Part shown: one piece after another, positions 11,831 to 23,534 of the stretch
Numbering within the stretch: the first letter of the stretch is position 1
How the letters are laid out: each line of letters begins with the position of its first letter
Assembly: GCF_006345805.1 (NCBI RefSeq)
Contig: NC_042997.1
Coordinates: 75,454,001-75,518,000 of the forward strand
Origin: Octopus sinensis
Lineage: Eukaryota
Length of the DNA: 64,000 bases
Direction: 5' to 3'
Position numbers and translations under genes: made by a program
Notes under the pieces: model-generated
Told to the model about the DNA's origin: nothing
Database searches by the model: none
The model's input: the letters and a program-made list of their open reading frames with translations, nothing else

Positions 11831-12309
11831 CTTGGGTTTAAAAAAATTGATTTACTAGAGAAAACTAACAATATAATCAGACACCATGAATTGCATTTTG
11901 AAAAGTCATGATGTAACTCTTCAGTGTTGTAAAACAAAGAATTGTCAGGATAAAACATTAAAATTAACAACTGTCAAACTTGGTGCATAAGAAAATTGGA
12001 CATTTCATTCTTCATGACCTGATATAAATAAAGATATTATTGTTATTATTAATAAATAACAATAATATAATATCTTTATTTATTTTTCAGGCGGCTTTGG
12101 GCGGTTTGGTAACGAAAGGGTTAAGTCGCAAATGAGGATCACAGATATAGGTATATCACATGATTTTGAACTTTGAGATATTTTCATTAGTTCTCATCAG
12201 TAGGTCTCACTGCTTCCATGGATTAAACTTATACTCACTTCATCATGCCTGTCAGTGTTGAAAGAATAGACCCAATTTCAAATGATATCAGTGTATAATT
12301 ATACATATA

Positions 12310-12354
<45 letters not shown>

Positions 12355-12558
12355 TATGAGAGGTAATGGTGTGAAGAAGACCCAAAGGTGTCAGGTAATG
12401 CTGAGTAAGTGCTATGGACAGACTGTAGTTAAGCTCCAGATGATTATGCGAATGAGGAGTCCGTCAGTCATATATCAGCATGCATATATATAAAAAATTA
12501 ACAGAATGAGATAAAAATCCAAGGCTGTGAAAGATTTCAGAACATTTATAAAGAAAAG

Positions 12559-12606
12559 GTCTTACAGCTCTTTCTGGAATATTTTGTATATCCTTTCATC
12601 GGAGAC
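12559..12606 (-). ncRNA. Hammerhead-like motif, U4C core, damaged GAAAC (GAAAG)
   Basis: Reads GUCU-CCGAUGA-A-AGGAUAUACAAAAUAUUCC-A-GAAAG-AGCU-GUA/AGAC. Confidence 0.55.
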
Positions 12607-12795
12607 AGTGTGAGAAAAGGGTTAAGCAATAGTTATTCTAGAGAAGATATGAAATAGAGAGTGAAATGGAGGAATGAAAACAGATTGAGATATGCAGGGA
12701 TATTGTATCTGCAGTTCCGTTATTTTCATTCCTCCACTTCACTCTCTATTTCATATCTTCTCTAGAATAACTATTGCTTAATCATTTTGTCACAC

Positions 12796-12845
12796 CATTT
12801 CCGATGAAGGAATATATAAAATATTCCGGAAACAGCTGTAAGACC
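12796..12845 (+). ncRNA. Hammerhead-like motif, U4C core, palindromic stem III, weakened stem I
   Basis: Reads (cattt)-CCGAUGA-A-GGAAUAU-AUAAA-AUAUUCC-G-GAAACAGCUGUA/AGACC. ACAGCUGU is a perfect palindrome. Confidence 0.6.
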
Positions 12846-12920
12846 TTCTCTTTTATAATGTTCTGAAATCTTTCACATCCTTGGAATTTTATCTCATTCT
12901 GTTAATTTTATATTTATATA

Positions 12921-13230
12921 AAACCCTGCGAGAGTCCAGTCTGTTGGTTCAAGGAGCACAACTATTCAACTCCATTCCGGTACATGTCAGAAATCTATCA
13001 GGATGCAGTGTGGAATCATTCAAATTGCAGCTGGATAGATACTTAAGCACCATTAGAGATGAACCCCATCTCCCAGGATATACACAACGAGCACAAACTG
13101 ACTCAAACTCGCTCCTACACATGTCAAAATTAAACAGAGAATACAACCTGGCAACCACACCAGACTCTGAGGGTGGAGTCTTCGACTTGGCCTGAGCATG
13201 GACTCAAACTCAAATGAAATGAAATGAAAT
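12921..13230 (+). mobile_element. 3' end of a CR1/L2-group LINE with (AAATG)n tail
   Basis: Reads VQGAQLFNSIP..VRNL...SVESFK.QLDRYL..I.DEP, followed by aaatgaaatgaaatgaaat. Confidence 0.7.
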
Positions 13231-13249
13231 ATATATATATATATATCAT

Positions 13250-15400
13250 TCTCATCATTTAGTGTCCACTTTCCATGCTTCTCTCTTGCACACTACATCT
13301 GATGCCTCTTATACCCAACTTTTGTCTCAAGACTTTTACACTCTGTCATACATGCATACTGACAGTGCACATCCAGCAAAGCATACTAGATTCATTTCTT
13401 TCAAGCCTTTTTATGTCCTCTGCAGTCACAGCCCGTATTTCACTGCCATGTCGCATTGCTGTTTACACACAGGTATCATACAATCTGCCTTTCACTCTGA
13501 GAGAGAGAACCTTTGTTACCAGCAATGGTAGAAGCTCTTTGAACTTTGCCCTGCCTATCCTTGTTCTAGCAGCTATGCTCTTGGAGCAGCCACCTTTAGT
13601 GCTGACTTGGTCACTTAGGTAAGGGAAGCTATCTACTACTTCTGAGTATCCCCCTGGGCATTTGACAAAGTCTGTTTCCTGTACATTTCTTGAGTTTATT
13701 GTACCTATACACTTGCCACCCACAAAAACTACTTTCTCTGTTATCCTTCCTCTGATATTGCTGCACTTGTTATGTGTCCTTAACTTGCACCAGGTATCTC
13801 TTAAAGAATTTCTCCCTACACCTTGTTTACAAATTGAGCAGGACCATCTACCTGAAGGGATTTGTGATTTGTCTGCTCTCCTACTTACTAGAACTTCGTT
13901 ATTTGCTAAATTAGCTTTGAGGCCCTTTCATTTCAGATCTTGCTTCCACACCTGAAGTTTCTTCTAGTTTGCTAGTGATTCAACTATAAGAACAAAGTCA
14001 TAACACAGAGGAGCTCCCAAGGGTAGCCTGTCTAAAATTTGTTATAACCTGGAAGACTATGATGAATAAGAAGGAAATGAGAATCAGTCCTTAGGAAACT
14101 CCTTCCTGTACACTAAATTCATTGTTATACATGTTGCCAAATTTCACCTTAGTAACAGTATCCCTATACATGGCTTACAATCTACCCCTAGCTTCTGCAT
14201 TGACAACCAGATAAGGGAACCTGTCAAATGTTTTCTCCATGTCAGCAAAAGCCAAGTACAGAGGTTTTTGCTAAGTACCTCTTTTTGCAGCTGCCTAACC
14301 AGGCATCAGTAGTGTTTCTCCATGGCATAAAACCAAACTGCACCTCATCTAGACTAACTCTCTTCTTAATTTGAGCTGTGACCCTCTCAGTAAGTTACAT
14401 CACTTGATCCAACAATTTGATACCTCTGTAATTATTTCTGTCTAAACCATCATCTTTACCTTTGTAGCAGTTGACTATAGTGCTGCTACACCACTCATTG
14501 GGTATGACTCCTTTGTGGACAAACTGATGAACTATACAGATGACTTGGCCATATCCCACTCCACCAGATATTTTAATCATCTCAGCGATTCTTGCTGATG
14601 GGCTGGAAGCCTTCCTCGTCTTTATAGCTCTCATGTCTTTATCTACCAAGCTGTTTTCGATTCAGATAATTGGTCCCTCTGTTGGGTCCACATTAGGCAA
14701 ACTCTCTTTCTTTCATTTGTTCTCTACATTTAGCAACCTTTCATAATGACACAGCCAAGCCTCTTTCTTTGCAGAGTCACTAGATGCAAGTGAACTATCA
14801 TCCATGTGAATGCACTTCTCTCCTACAACATCACGATTTTCCTTGACACAGTCTTGCAAACCAAAACACTTCAAGCTGCTGGTCCTCGCACTGCAGAACA
14901 TTGGCAAACTTCTTCCCTTCTGCTTCACCCCTGGCCATGCCTCCTAGCTTCCCTTTTAGTTACCTGATATAGTTATTTGCTACCGCCATGCTTCCAAACC
15001 TATTTCTTTGCTCTACACTGTTCCACCACCATGTCACCCTAGGTCTGGTTGGGACTTTGCACCAGATGCAAATTTGGTCTGTCTGTAATTCCTCCTCTTC
15101 ATTATATTCTTCAGTTTGGACATCTCTAAATCTGATTATTCAAAGGATCCTCAAGCTTCCAGATCCTTCTTTTCCAAGCTGGCCTGCTTCTTGCAATCCT
15201 TCTAGTCTGAAGTCGCTAATGAGTAACCTATGCTGAGGGGTGCATTCTTCACCAGCGAAGGACTTTGCATTTATGAACAACCATGGATCTCACATTCTGG
15301 TGGGAATGTTATCAATCTGGCTAGTGTGGTCACCAGATTTATAGATTGTAAATGGATAAATGAAAGTAAGTGGTACTCAAAATATGTGGTAGGAGTTATA
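13250..15400 (-). mobile_element. Degenerate RTE LINE (end of APE, RT, tail)
   Basis: Minus-strand remnants: YKSGDHTSQID..., GEECTPQHRLLISDF, NYRGIKLLDQVM, GGCSKSIAARTRIGRAKFKELLPLL..KVLSLRVKGRLYDTCV. Tail gcatggaaagtggacactaaatgatgag. Confidence 0.85.
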
Positions 15401-15401
15401 T

Positions 15402-15742
15402 TATTACCTCTGCCTTAGCGAAGACGGAGGTATTGTTTTCATATCTCAAGAATCACTGGATGGATTCAGATGAAAATTTCAGGGATGTTTAGCCTGGTGA
15501 CTGGCACAAACAGATTAGATTTTGGGATTGATCTGATATCAGACAAAGATTCTGGATTATTTTTCCGTTTTGTTTTACTTAATTTTTGAGAGTTATCACG
15601 TTCATTTTTAGTATTCTCATTTGTGAGAGCAGTCAAGTTTATTTCAGATATTCTCATTTTAAGAATCATCTCCAGCTAATCATTGAGAGGACACTTGTGT
15701 TGCCTTGGCGGAGGTTTGCACTCTCTGAGTGCTCTTGTTTAA
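15402..15742 (+). mobile_element. Helentron/DINE-like non-autonomous repeat
   Basis: Begins attacctctgccttagcgaagacggaggtattgtttt and ends gccttggcggaggtttgcactctctgagtgctcttgtt, with short sub-terminal inverted repeats. Family assigned from recalled resemblance. Confidence 0.5.
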
Positions 15743-16289
15743 TAATAGTTTGGCTTAACTCCATACAATTTACAGTTTGTTAGGCATCTAGATAGGGAGA
15801 GAGAGAGAGAGTAGTGGGATAGAGAGTAGTGGGATATGAGGAAAATTCCAAATGGTTTCTCAATGTTAGGTTTCATATTGATGAATTCAGATCACTCATT
15901 ATTGTTGGTCTGGAAGCAGCCTTGTTCTTAGGTTCATGTGGTCAGACAAGATCTTGCTAGGTTGCTGTTCTGCTATGTCTGGAAGCTGTGGTATGGTTTA
16001 TATAGCAGCATCAATTTGTTGCATTTGATACTATACATGGCATGGTTGAACATTGTTACAGGTGAATGAAGATCTAACACTTTAAAGGGAACAGCCTTTC
16101 CACAGATTTGGTGGTGCCTGTGTGGATTCTCAGCATAGATGGGTCTGTAGTCTCTATGGGTGGCAGGAATTAGGTAACCTTCCATTGTGTATGGAGGAGC
16201 TAGGCTTAAGGTGATACATCTGGATTGCCAGCTGCCAAGGTATACCTCTGATGGTTAGAGTAAGACAGTTCATATTTCAGTTTGATGGA

Positions 16290-16570
16290 TACTGCAGTTT
16301 AGTGACGTATGTGTAGTCTATCTTGGAAGCAGTGTTGGCAACAGTTCCATGTAAGTATGGAGGGGCTCTGTCAACGATGCTCCATTTGTTGTTGGGGAAG
16401 TTGTTCTGATGGTCATGGAGTTCCTAGATAAAATGGGACAGGGAAGTGGAGTTTTTCCTATCCTTGCATCTGAAGGAGTGCATATGCTGTGTATAATTTG
16501 CCTTGTAGCATTGGTTGTTGTGTTCATGTAGTATTTTGTAATGCCATCAGATGACATGAGGGTGGGTCTA
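16290..16570 (-). mobile_element. PLE GIY-YIG endonuclease C-terminal remnant
   Basis: Minus frame reads YTQHMHSFRCKDRKNSTSLSHFI*EL...KWSIVDRAPPY, resembling the PLE endonuclease pattern 'H..SF...ST.LS.HIW.L...W.I...A.PY'. Confidence 0.55.
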
Positions 16571-16951
16571 TAAATATCAGCCCTTATGAGGCAGGATCAA
16601 CCCAGTGGGCGATTAGTAGGATTTTGAAAGTTACAGGTTAGAGTGTGTGTTTGCATCTATTGTAATAGCCAATGTTAGAAGGAATTTTGTCTAAGCAAGA
16701 GTAAGTAACCTTGAGGACATGGGGTTTAAAAGTTTATAATAGTTATGGGCAAATACCACCCTTACAGGAATTCCAACAAGGGAACTCTGTAGATTCACAG
16801 AAACTCCAATCAACTCTTGCTTTAATTAGAAATCTAGTCACAAGCATTAGTAGAATGACCTCTAAACTATGAGTGTATAAAACTTTCATGTACATCAGAG
16901 TAACCATCATTGCATTACCCAACATGTCCATTAAAGTCACCAGTCATTATA

Positions 16952-17164
16952 CAAGGGGGCGCTGAAAAGTTCCTGGCTTTAAGGATATTGGGAAAGGTCT
17001 GGCTGAAGGCCCAACCTTCCGAGTTCTTTTACAGGGTTTAGAAAAACTGAAGGACCACTGCAATAAGTGTGTGAATAAGTGAGAGATGTTGAAAGAAATC
17101 ATAATTAATTGATCTTCTTGTATTTTCTTTTACTCAAAGCTAGGAACTTTTCAAATTCTCCTCG
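16952..17164. mobile_element. mariner-derived MITE
   Basis: TA|caagggggcgctgaaaagttcctggcttt at the left end and aaagctaggaacttttcaaattctcctcg|TA at the right end. Confidence 0.8.
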
Positions 17165-17464
17165 TAATGCTGTCATTTATTTTTGAAGTAGTTTGCAAGA
17201 GGGCCTCTGACATTTCTTTGTGGTTTTAGGATATCATTTCTGCTGTAATGGGTGGATCTTCTTGAGCACAGCAAGATTCCAGTCTTTTCAGTCTTTTGTA
17301 ATCTCCTTTGTAAATCTCAGTATCTTGAGATCAACCTTCAATTCTTTGTCTCTTTCTGGATCCATCCATCCACTTTAAGCATTCAGCAATTCTGTATACA
17401 ACTATCCTCATCCATATGCATCACATAATCAAATCAATGCAGTCTCCTTTCTTGTACACTACAT

Positions 17465-19085
17465 TTGATTTCTCTTATACCCAACATTTCTTTCAATATA
17501 CTAGCCATGTACAGGGATGCTGTCACTAAGGTGAGGGCTGGCAACAAGTACAGTGAAGAATTCCAAGTAGGGGTCCACCAAAGATCAGTCCTCAGCTCCC
17601 TCTTATTCATCATAGTTCTTCAGGCAATAACAGAGGGATTCAAAACAGGATGCCCCTGGGAGCTTCCCTATGCTGATGACCTTGCTCTAATAGCTGAGTC
17701 ACTATCAGAACTAGTTGAGAAGTTTCAGGTGTGGAAGCAAGATCTAGAATTGAAGGTCCTTAGAGTCAATCTTGCAAAAACCAAAGTCTTAATAAGTAGG
17801 AAGGCAGACAAATCACAAATTCCTTCAGGTAGATGGCCCTGCTCGATCTGTAGAAAAAGCACAAGTAGAAACTCCGTAAGGTGTAAGCTATGGACACATC
17901 AGAGTGCAGCAATATCAAAGGAAGGCTAACTGGGAAGATAGTTTTTGTGTGTGGCAAATGCTCAGGGGCAATAAACACTGAAAATGTGCAGAAAACAGCT
18001 TCCATCACATGCCAGGGAGAAAAACTACAAGTAGTTAATAGCTTCTGTTACCTAGGTGACTAAGTCAGTAGCAGGGGTGGATACTCTGAGCATGTAGCTG
18101 GTAGAATAAGAATAGCTTGGACAAAGTTCAGAGAGCTCCTACCTCTGCTAGTGACAAAGGTCTATCGCTCAGAGTAAAAGGTAGACTGTATGACACGTGT
18201 GCAAACAGCCATGCTACATGGCAGTGAAACATGGGCCATGATTTTTGAGGACATGTGTAAGCTTTCAAGGAATGAAGCTAGTAGGACGTGTAATGTCAGT
18301 GTGCATACACAACAGAGTGTAAGTGCTCTGAGAGAAAAGTTGGACTTATGAAGCATCAGATGTGGTGTTCAAGGGAAACGACTGTGCTGGTATGGTCATG
18401 TGTTGCATATTGATGGGGACAACTGTGTGAAAAGGTGTCACACCCTAATAGTAGAGGGAACCTGTGGAAGAGGATGACCTGGGATGAGGTGGTGAAGCAT
18501 GACCTTTGGACGTTGGACCTCACAGAAGCGATGATGAGTGTCCAAGATATGGCGAAGACCCTGTAAGCCAAATGAGACTATAACCATGGCCAGTGCCACA
18601 TAACCGGCCCATTCAATCATTGAGCAATAAATTGTGCTTGCAAAGACCTGTTGAGTCAACTGAAGTCATTGTCATGGTTGATGCCAATACCGCCTGACTG
18701 ATCCCATGCTGGTAGCACATAAAAAGCACCATTCAAGCATGGTCATTGCCAGTGCCACCTGACTGGCTTCTTTGCTGGTGGTACATAAAAAGCACTCTTC
18801 ATGCATGGTCGTTGCCAGTGCTGCCTGACTGGCTCCTGTGCCAGTGGTACATAAAAAGCACCATTTAAGTGTGGTCAATGCCAGTACTGCCTGACTAGTC
18901 CTTGTGCTGGTGGCATGTAAAAAGCACCAACTTCACTCTTGGAGTGGGTGTCTTTAGGAAAGGCTGTAGAGAACTTGCCAGATCAGATTGGAGCCTGGTA
19001 CAGTGTTTTGGCTTGCCAGTCCTCACTCAAACCATCCAACACATGCCAGCATGGAAAGCGCATGTTAAACGATGATGATGACATT
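17465..19085 (+). mobile_element. 5'-truncated RTE LINE with tandem-repeat 3' UTR and (GAT)n tail
   Basis: Contains VGVHQRSVLSSLLFIIVLQA and CPWELPYADDLALIAES. About 66-bp repeats lie at 18680-18930, and it ends gcatggaaagcgcatgttaaacgatgatgatg. Confidence 0.9.
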
Positions 19086-19199
19086 GGCACAAATATTGCA
19101 CATCCTGTGAAGCATACTAGTTTCGTTCCTCTATAGAATTCACATATCTTCTGCAGTTAGGGTCCATATCTCACTACCATGTAGCATTGCTTTACTTAC

Positions 19200-19605
19200 A
19201 CATGCATCATACAGTAACTACACATTCAGAACATCATCCTCCACTGCTAATTAGGCCACCTAGGTAACAGAAACTATTCTTTACCTCTAGGGAACTTCCA
19301 GTGCATTTGCAAAGATCAATTTCCTGTGTGACCTCAGACTTTATGGCACTGGTGCATCTTCCACAGACAAAAATTACTTTCTCCATTAGCCTTCCTGTGA
19401 GTCCACTGTACTTCTTGTGTGTCCATTGCACTGGGTTTACCTTTTGGAATTCCTGCCTACATGTTTCCTACATATTCAGTAGAGCCTTTTACCTGAGGTG
19501 GGTAGGGCCCTGTCTGTTTTTTTTTGCTTATTAGAACCTTGCTAAGTTAACTTTAAGACCCATTGATTCCAGGTTTTGCTTCCACACCTGCAATGTCTAT
19601 GAAAA
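19200..19605 (-). mobile_element. RTE LINE fragment
   Basis: Reads QWTHKKYSGLTGRL...SLEVKNSFCYLGGLISSGG. Confidence 0.75.
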
Positions 19606-20315
19606 ATGGGAGTGGGCATTGCATCATAATAAGGGTTGTTGGAAGTGTCACTAAAAAGTTTGAAACTGTCTTAATGATGTAAGAACTTGAGGCATCAAAT
19701 CAAGATGGGTGGGTTGAGTGTACATTCTGTGGACATTTTGCATACTTTTTCAGTTATATATTTATTAGGTTACAATAAATATTAATTTTCAGTAGAAAGA
19801 TATGAGAAAGTTTTAAATATAGATACTTTGGAAATATAAAATGGATAATTTTTGCTTTTCTTTCTCTATTTTGCACTTCTGACATTATGCTAAGGTTGAT
19901 CACATAAACTCAAATGTAGCATCTATTTCTGCAATTCAGCCTGGAAAGAAACAGATAAAGACTTGTAGTAGATTATTCAGACATATTTTATGAACACAAA
20001 ATAACTACTATTTGTAATGACATACATGAGGAATGGATCTTACTGTATCCCTGTATACTAAATATTAGTTCCTTCTTCAATTGCCTGCTCTTGCTTGCTA
20101 ATAAATCTACTACCATTAGATTATGTTTACTTTTAGTTGTCTACCAAATGACTGAAAGAATATTTCTTTAATTTCCAGAGAATGCACAACACTTTTTAAT
20201 ACCATCATTCTTAGATTTGTTTTGTTTTTTATTTATTTATTTTAATTCTTGTATTGGTTGGCCCGATCTTTAATTATCAGAGTGCATATGATTTTTTCTT
20301 GTTTATTATATCTAG

Positions 20316-20419
20316 TGTATTGAATCCCTGTCACTTGCTGATTCCAAACTGAAAGGTGATACTACTCTTGTAATAAATGCATTAGGAAGCAACAGTACAT
20401 TAAAGGAGTTAGACATCAG
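20316..20419 (+). CDS. CARMIL: CARMIL exon 3 of window
   Basis: tctag| acceptor and AG|gtaaga donor. Encodes [34 protein letters not shown](S), which matches CARMIL '[12 protein letters not shown]...INALGSNTSL..VDIS'. Confidence 0.95.
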
Positions 20420-20599
20420 GTAAGATTAAAGTAAAGGATATGTTGATATTTCTTTTTTATTTTAATTTCCACTTGTTTTCTTTTTTATTCATTTGTTTAA
20501 TCATCTCAATTAGGAAATAAGGTTTCAAGGACTCAGCATCATTCAGAATTCCTTGCTTTATGTAAGATCCATTTATATCAACCCATTTCCAACTATTCT

Positions 20600-21090
20600 A
20601 TGTTAGGTGTTCATTGGTCAACAAAACTTTTGCTTTTCTGATGGTGTCCATCTTAGTGCTACATTTCAAATTTTGTTCCTCCCCAAGGTGAATGCATGGC
20701 CTACTATTCTACTGTGAAACTGCTTGCAATAGAATACTTCTTGAAAAAGTTATAAGTGGTGGGCCTTTGCATTCAACATTTACATCTTCTGGCCCCACGA
20801 AAGTAGAGAACTAGATTGTCCTTGGCCACATATTGTGGAAAGCATTGATCTTACTTGTATTGCCTTTTACTACCTGCCAGTATTTTGAGTTCAAAGATTG
20901 TATTGCCTAGATATGCAAATCAACTAAAGTCTTGTTAAAGCTCTACAAGCTTTGGTAAGCATTGCTTGGCTGTTCCTTTTTACCTTGTTGACTTTGGCAT
21001 CCTTGATATGTAAAGGATGGTCTAGTGTTCATCATTGGCAGTGATAGGTGCCAGGTTATTGTTGTACATGACTTGTGTTTTAGAGCTAGT
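20600..21090 (-). mobile_element. Highly degenerate RTE-type LINE fragment
   Basis: Broken minus-strand remnants resemble 'FAYLG.I', 'GRP..TW' and the post-RT RTE segment. Confidence 0.4.
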
Positions 21091-21299
21091 GATGTTAATT
21101 ATTCGGCCTATCAGTTTCTCCTGTAGAATCTCTTATTGTCATGATCCCATTAGATATTCATGAATAAATTAACATCAAAAATGGTGGAGTACCAGAAATT
21201 TATTTTTAGAACAAATAGTTTCGTCCCTCTACATTATGAGTTCAAATGTTGGTAGGGTCACCTCTGTTTTGTTTTTTTTACCTCTTAGAAGTTCATAAA

Positions 21300-22960
21300 A
21301 TATTGACAGATCATTGTTTGAGGTCAATTCAGCTTTGTAACCCATGCTACAGGAAATCCTTTTCACCCTTTGTCACAAGGATCTCTATCAACTTTGCAGA
21401 ATTCTCCTTTCCTCTGTTTCTTAATCACAGTGGGACCCCTAAGCAGTACTCCTATGGAGAAAACATCCATATTTGCTGACTGCTTTGCATCTAATTCCAT
21501 ATTGCACATGCTAAATCTCTTCAAAAAACTATCCCTCCTACTCCTCCAGGTTTGTCACATACCTAGTGCAAAAATAATTTTAGCTACTTCAGATTGTACA
21601 CTACTTCAAAAGTACACTGGCCCAACAATGTCCCTTTCATTACCCTCAAATAATCTATTCCTGAGTTAGCTCCTTTCTTCACCAAATACTTCATATTCTA
21701 TTTTTCTACAAAGATTTGTGCCAATCTTTGGAAATATGCTACAATGTGTCCCATTCCCCCAAAAGATAATCCATTTGACCCATCATCTATCAATTTATCA
21801 CACTTACTTCCAACATCTCAAAAGTGATGGGGATAGCCATTAACAATTAATTTTTCAACCTTGAATCCCCCTTCCTCCTTAATGACCACCAGTACAGTTT
21901 TCATAAGACCACATCTTTTGGAGATCTATTCTATGTCAATCATTAATTAGGTAATTAGCCTTGAGAAATTTTGTAAAAACAGCATATTTTCATTTGACAG
22001 CAAATCACTTGACTCTATCAAGTGCAAATGACCTGGCAAAACTGCCTGCCTATGGGCTCCATTTATTTCTTATATCTTAGACTGAAGCTTTCATGTCTGA
22101 ATGCACAAAGTACCATGTGCTGATGGAGGTTTTTCTAATCGACATTCTAGCACATGTAGTGTGATCAAAGTCTGGTTTTATCGGACACATTCCTCTCCTA
22201 TGCAGACGATACTGCCCTTCTTTCTGTATCAAAACTTCAGATATAATTTAGACATCTTGTGTCAAATCTGAACTAATTCTAGTAACAGAGGACTTCTTCA
22301 ATGAGTGCTAATCTTGTTTCTTTCATCAGAACAAAGACACCATAACTACCTCTATCAAAGATGCAATGTCATATTTCCTCTCTTCAGCATGAATAACATG
22401 CAACTGGAATGCTTGAGGTCATTAGAAATGCTGGGTCTTCACTCTCACTGATGATATCTCTTAGTGATCACACATCCTCAACATAGCAAAGACTGCAGCA
22501 CAAAGAGTGGCTTTTCTCTTCAGAGTAAGAAAACATTTTAGCCTTCAGTAACCACCAATCCTTTACAAAGTTCAAATCAAACCTACAGTGGAGTACTGCT
22601 GTCGCATTTGGAACATTGTGACTGCTACATGTTCAAACATCATAAAATGCAAAACGAAAAGTAAAAACTCTGATTGGCATGAAGTCGTCCACACATTACA
22701 ATATTTGACCCATGGATATATTATATCCTAACTCTATCTTTCCTACCACTATTACAGTGGTTTCTTCAGAGGTGACTGATCGGCTATTACACTGAATCAG
22801 ACACTCTCAATTCACTCATCTTCTATACTGTGTCCACTCCCACATAAATTACATTTCCCAGAATGTCAACTCTCTATAATTCCCTCAATGCCTATATTTT
22901 TCCTCCTGCTGTCAACTTGCAACCATCCATGATGAACATTAATGACCTTGATCTAAACAG
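21300..22960 (+). mobile_element. Degenerate CR1/L2/Jockey-group LINE RT region
   Basis: Broken remnants include GPDNVPFITLK, IPELAP, VPIP.KDNPFDPSSY..ITLTSNISKVM and a 3' TLYNSL..IFPPAVNL segment. Confidence 0.55.
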
Positions 22961-23154
22961 TATCAAAGGGCCTGTAAATGCTATAGTATTAGCTCCCACC
23001 CTTTTTATGAGTGGATAAATAAAATCGAGAAATATATTAACTTACAGCTTCATAGGAAACCATTATTCATCTTTTTTTTTTATATAGACATACAAAAAAT
23101 GAAATTTACTTTGTCGGTCTATCAATCGCCTTTCCTAGTTTTGTATGTATCTTT

Positions 23155-23520
23155 TACCTTTTACTTGTTTCAGTCATTAGACTGTGGTCATGCTGGGGCA
23201 CCACCTTCAAGAATTTTTGGTTGGATGGATCAACCCCAGTACTTATTTTCTTTATAAGCCTGGTATTATTTTATCTGTCTCTTTTGCTAAACTGCTAAGT
23301 TACATAAACACACCCACACCAGTTGTCAAGCAGTGGTAGGAGACAAACACAGGCACAAAGACACACACATATGACAGTCATTTTTCAGTTTCCACTTACT
23401 AAGTCTACCTATAAGGCTTTGGTTGGTCCAAGGCTTTAGTAGAAGACACTTGCCCAAGTTAAAATGCAGTGAGACTGAACCCAGAGCGATATGGTAGGGA
23501 AGCAAACTTCTTACTGCACA
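23155..23520 (-). mobile_element. tRNA-derived SINE, family C
   Basis: Contains ttttacttgtttcagtcattagactgtggtcatgctggggcacc...gacacttgcccaag...gagactgaacccagag. Confidence 0.85.
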
Positions 23521-23534
23521 TCCCTATGCTTATA

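Larger units (their letters stand above)
12485..12920. mobile_element. Head-to-head pair of about 200-bp PLE-type terminal units, each with a hammerhead motif
   Basis: Arms 12485-12680 and 12723-12920 are reverse complements, with scattered mismatches and a spacer of about 40 nt. Both ends run into TA. Confidence 0.75.

Noticed and set aside
12350-12480. CUGACGG...GGAG-type motif on the minus strand
   Set aside because: GAAA is absent and stem I does not pair; too degenerate to call.
18680-18930. Regularly spaced repeats superficially like a CRISPR array
   Set aside because: The units are whole tandem duplications without unique spacers, in a eukaryotic RTE 3' UTR, with no cas genes.
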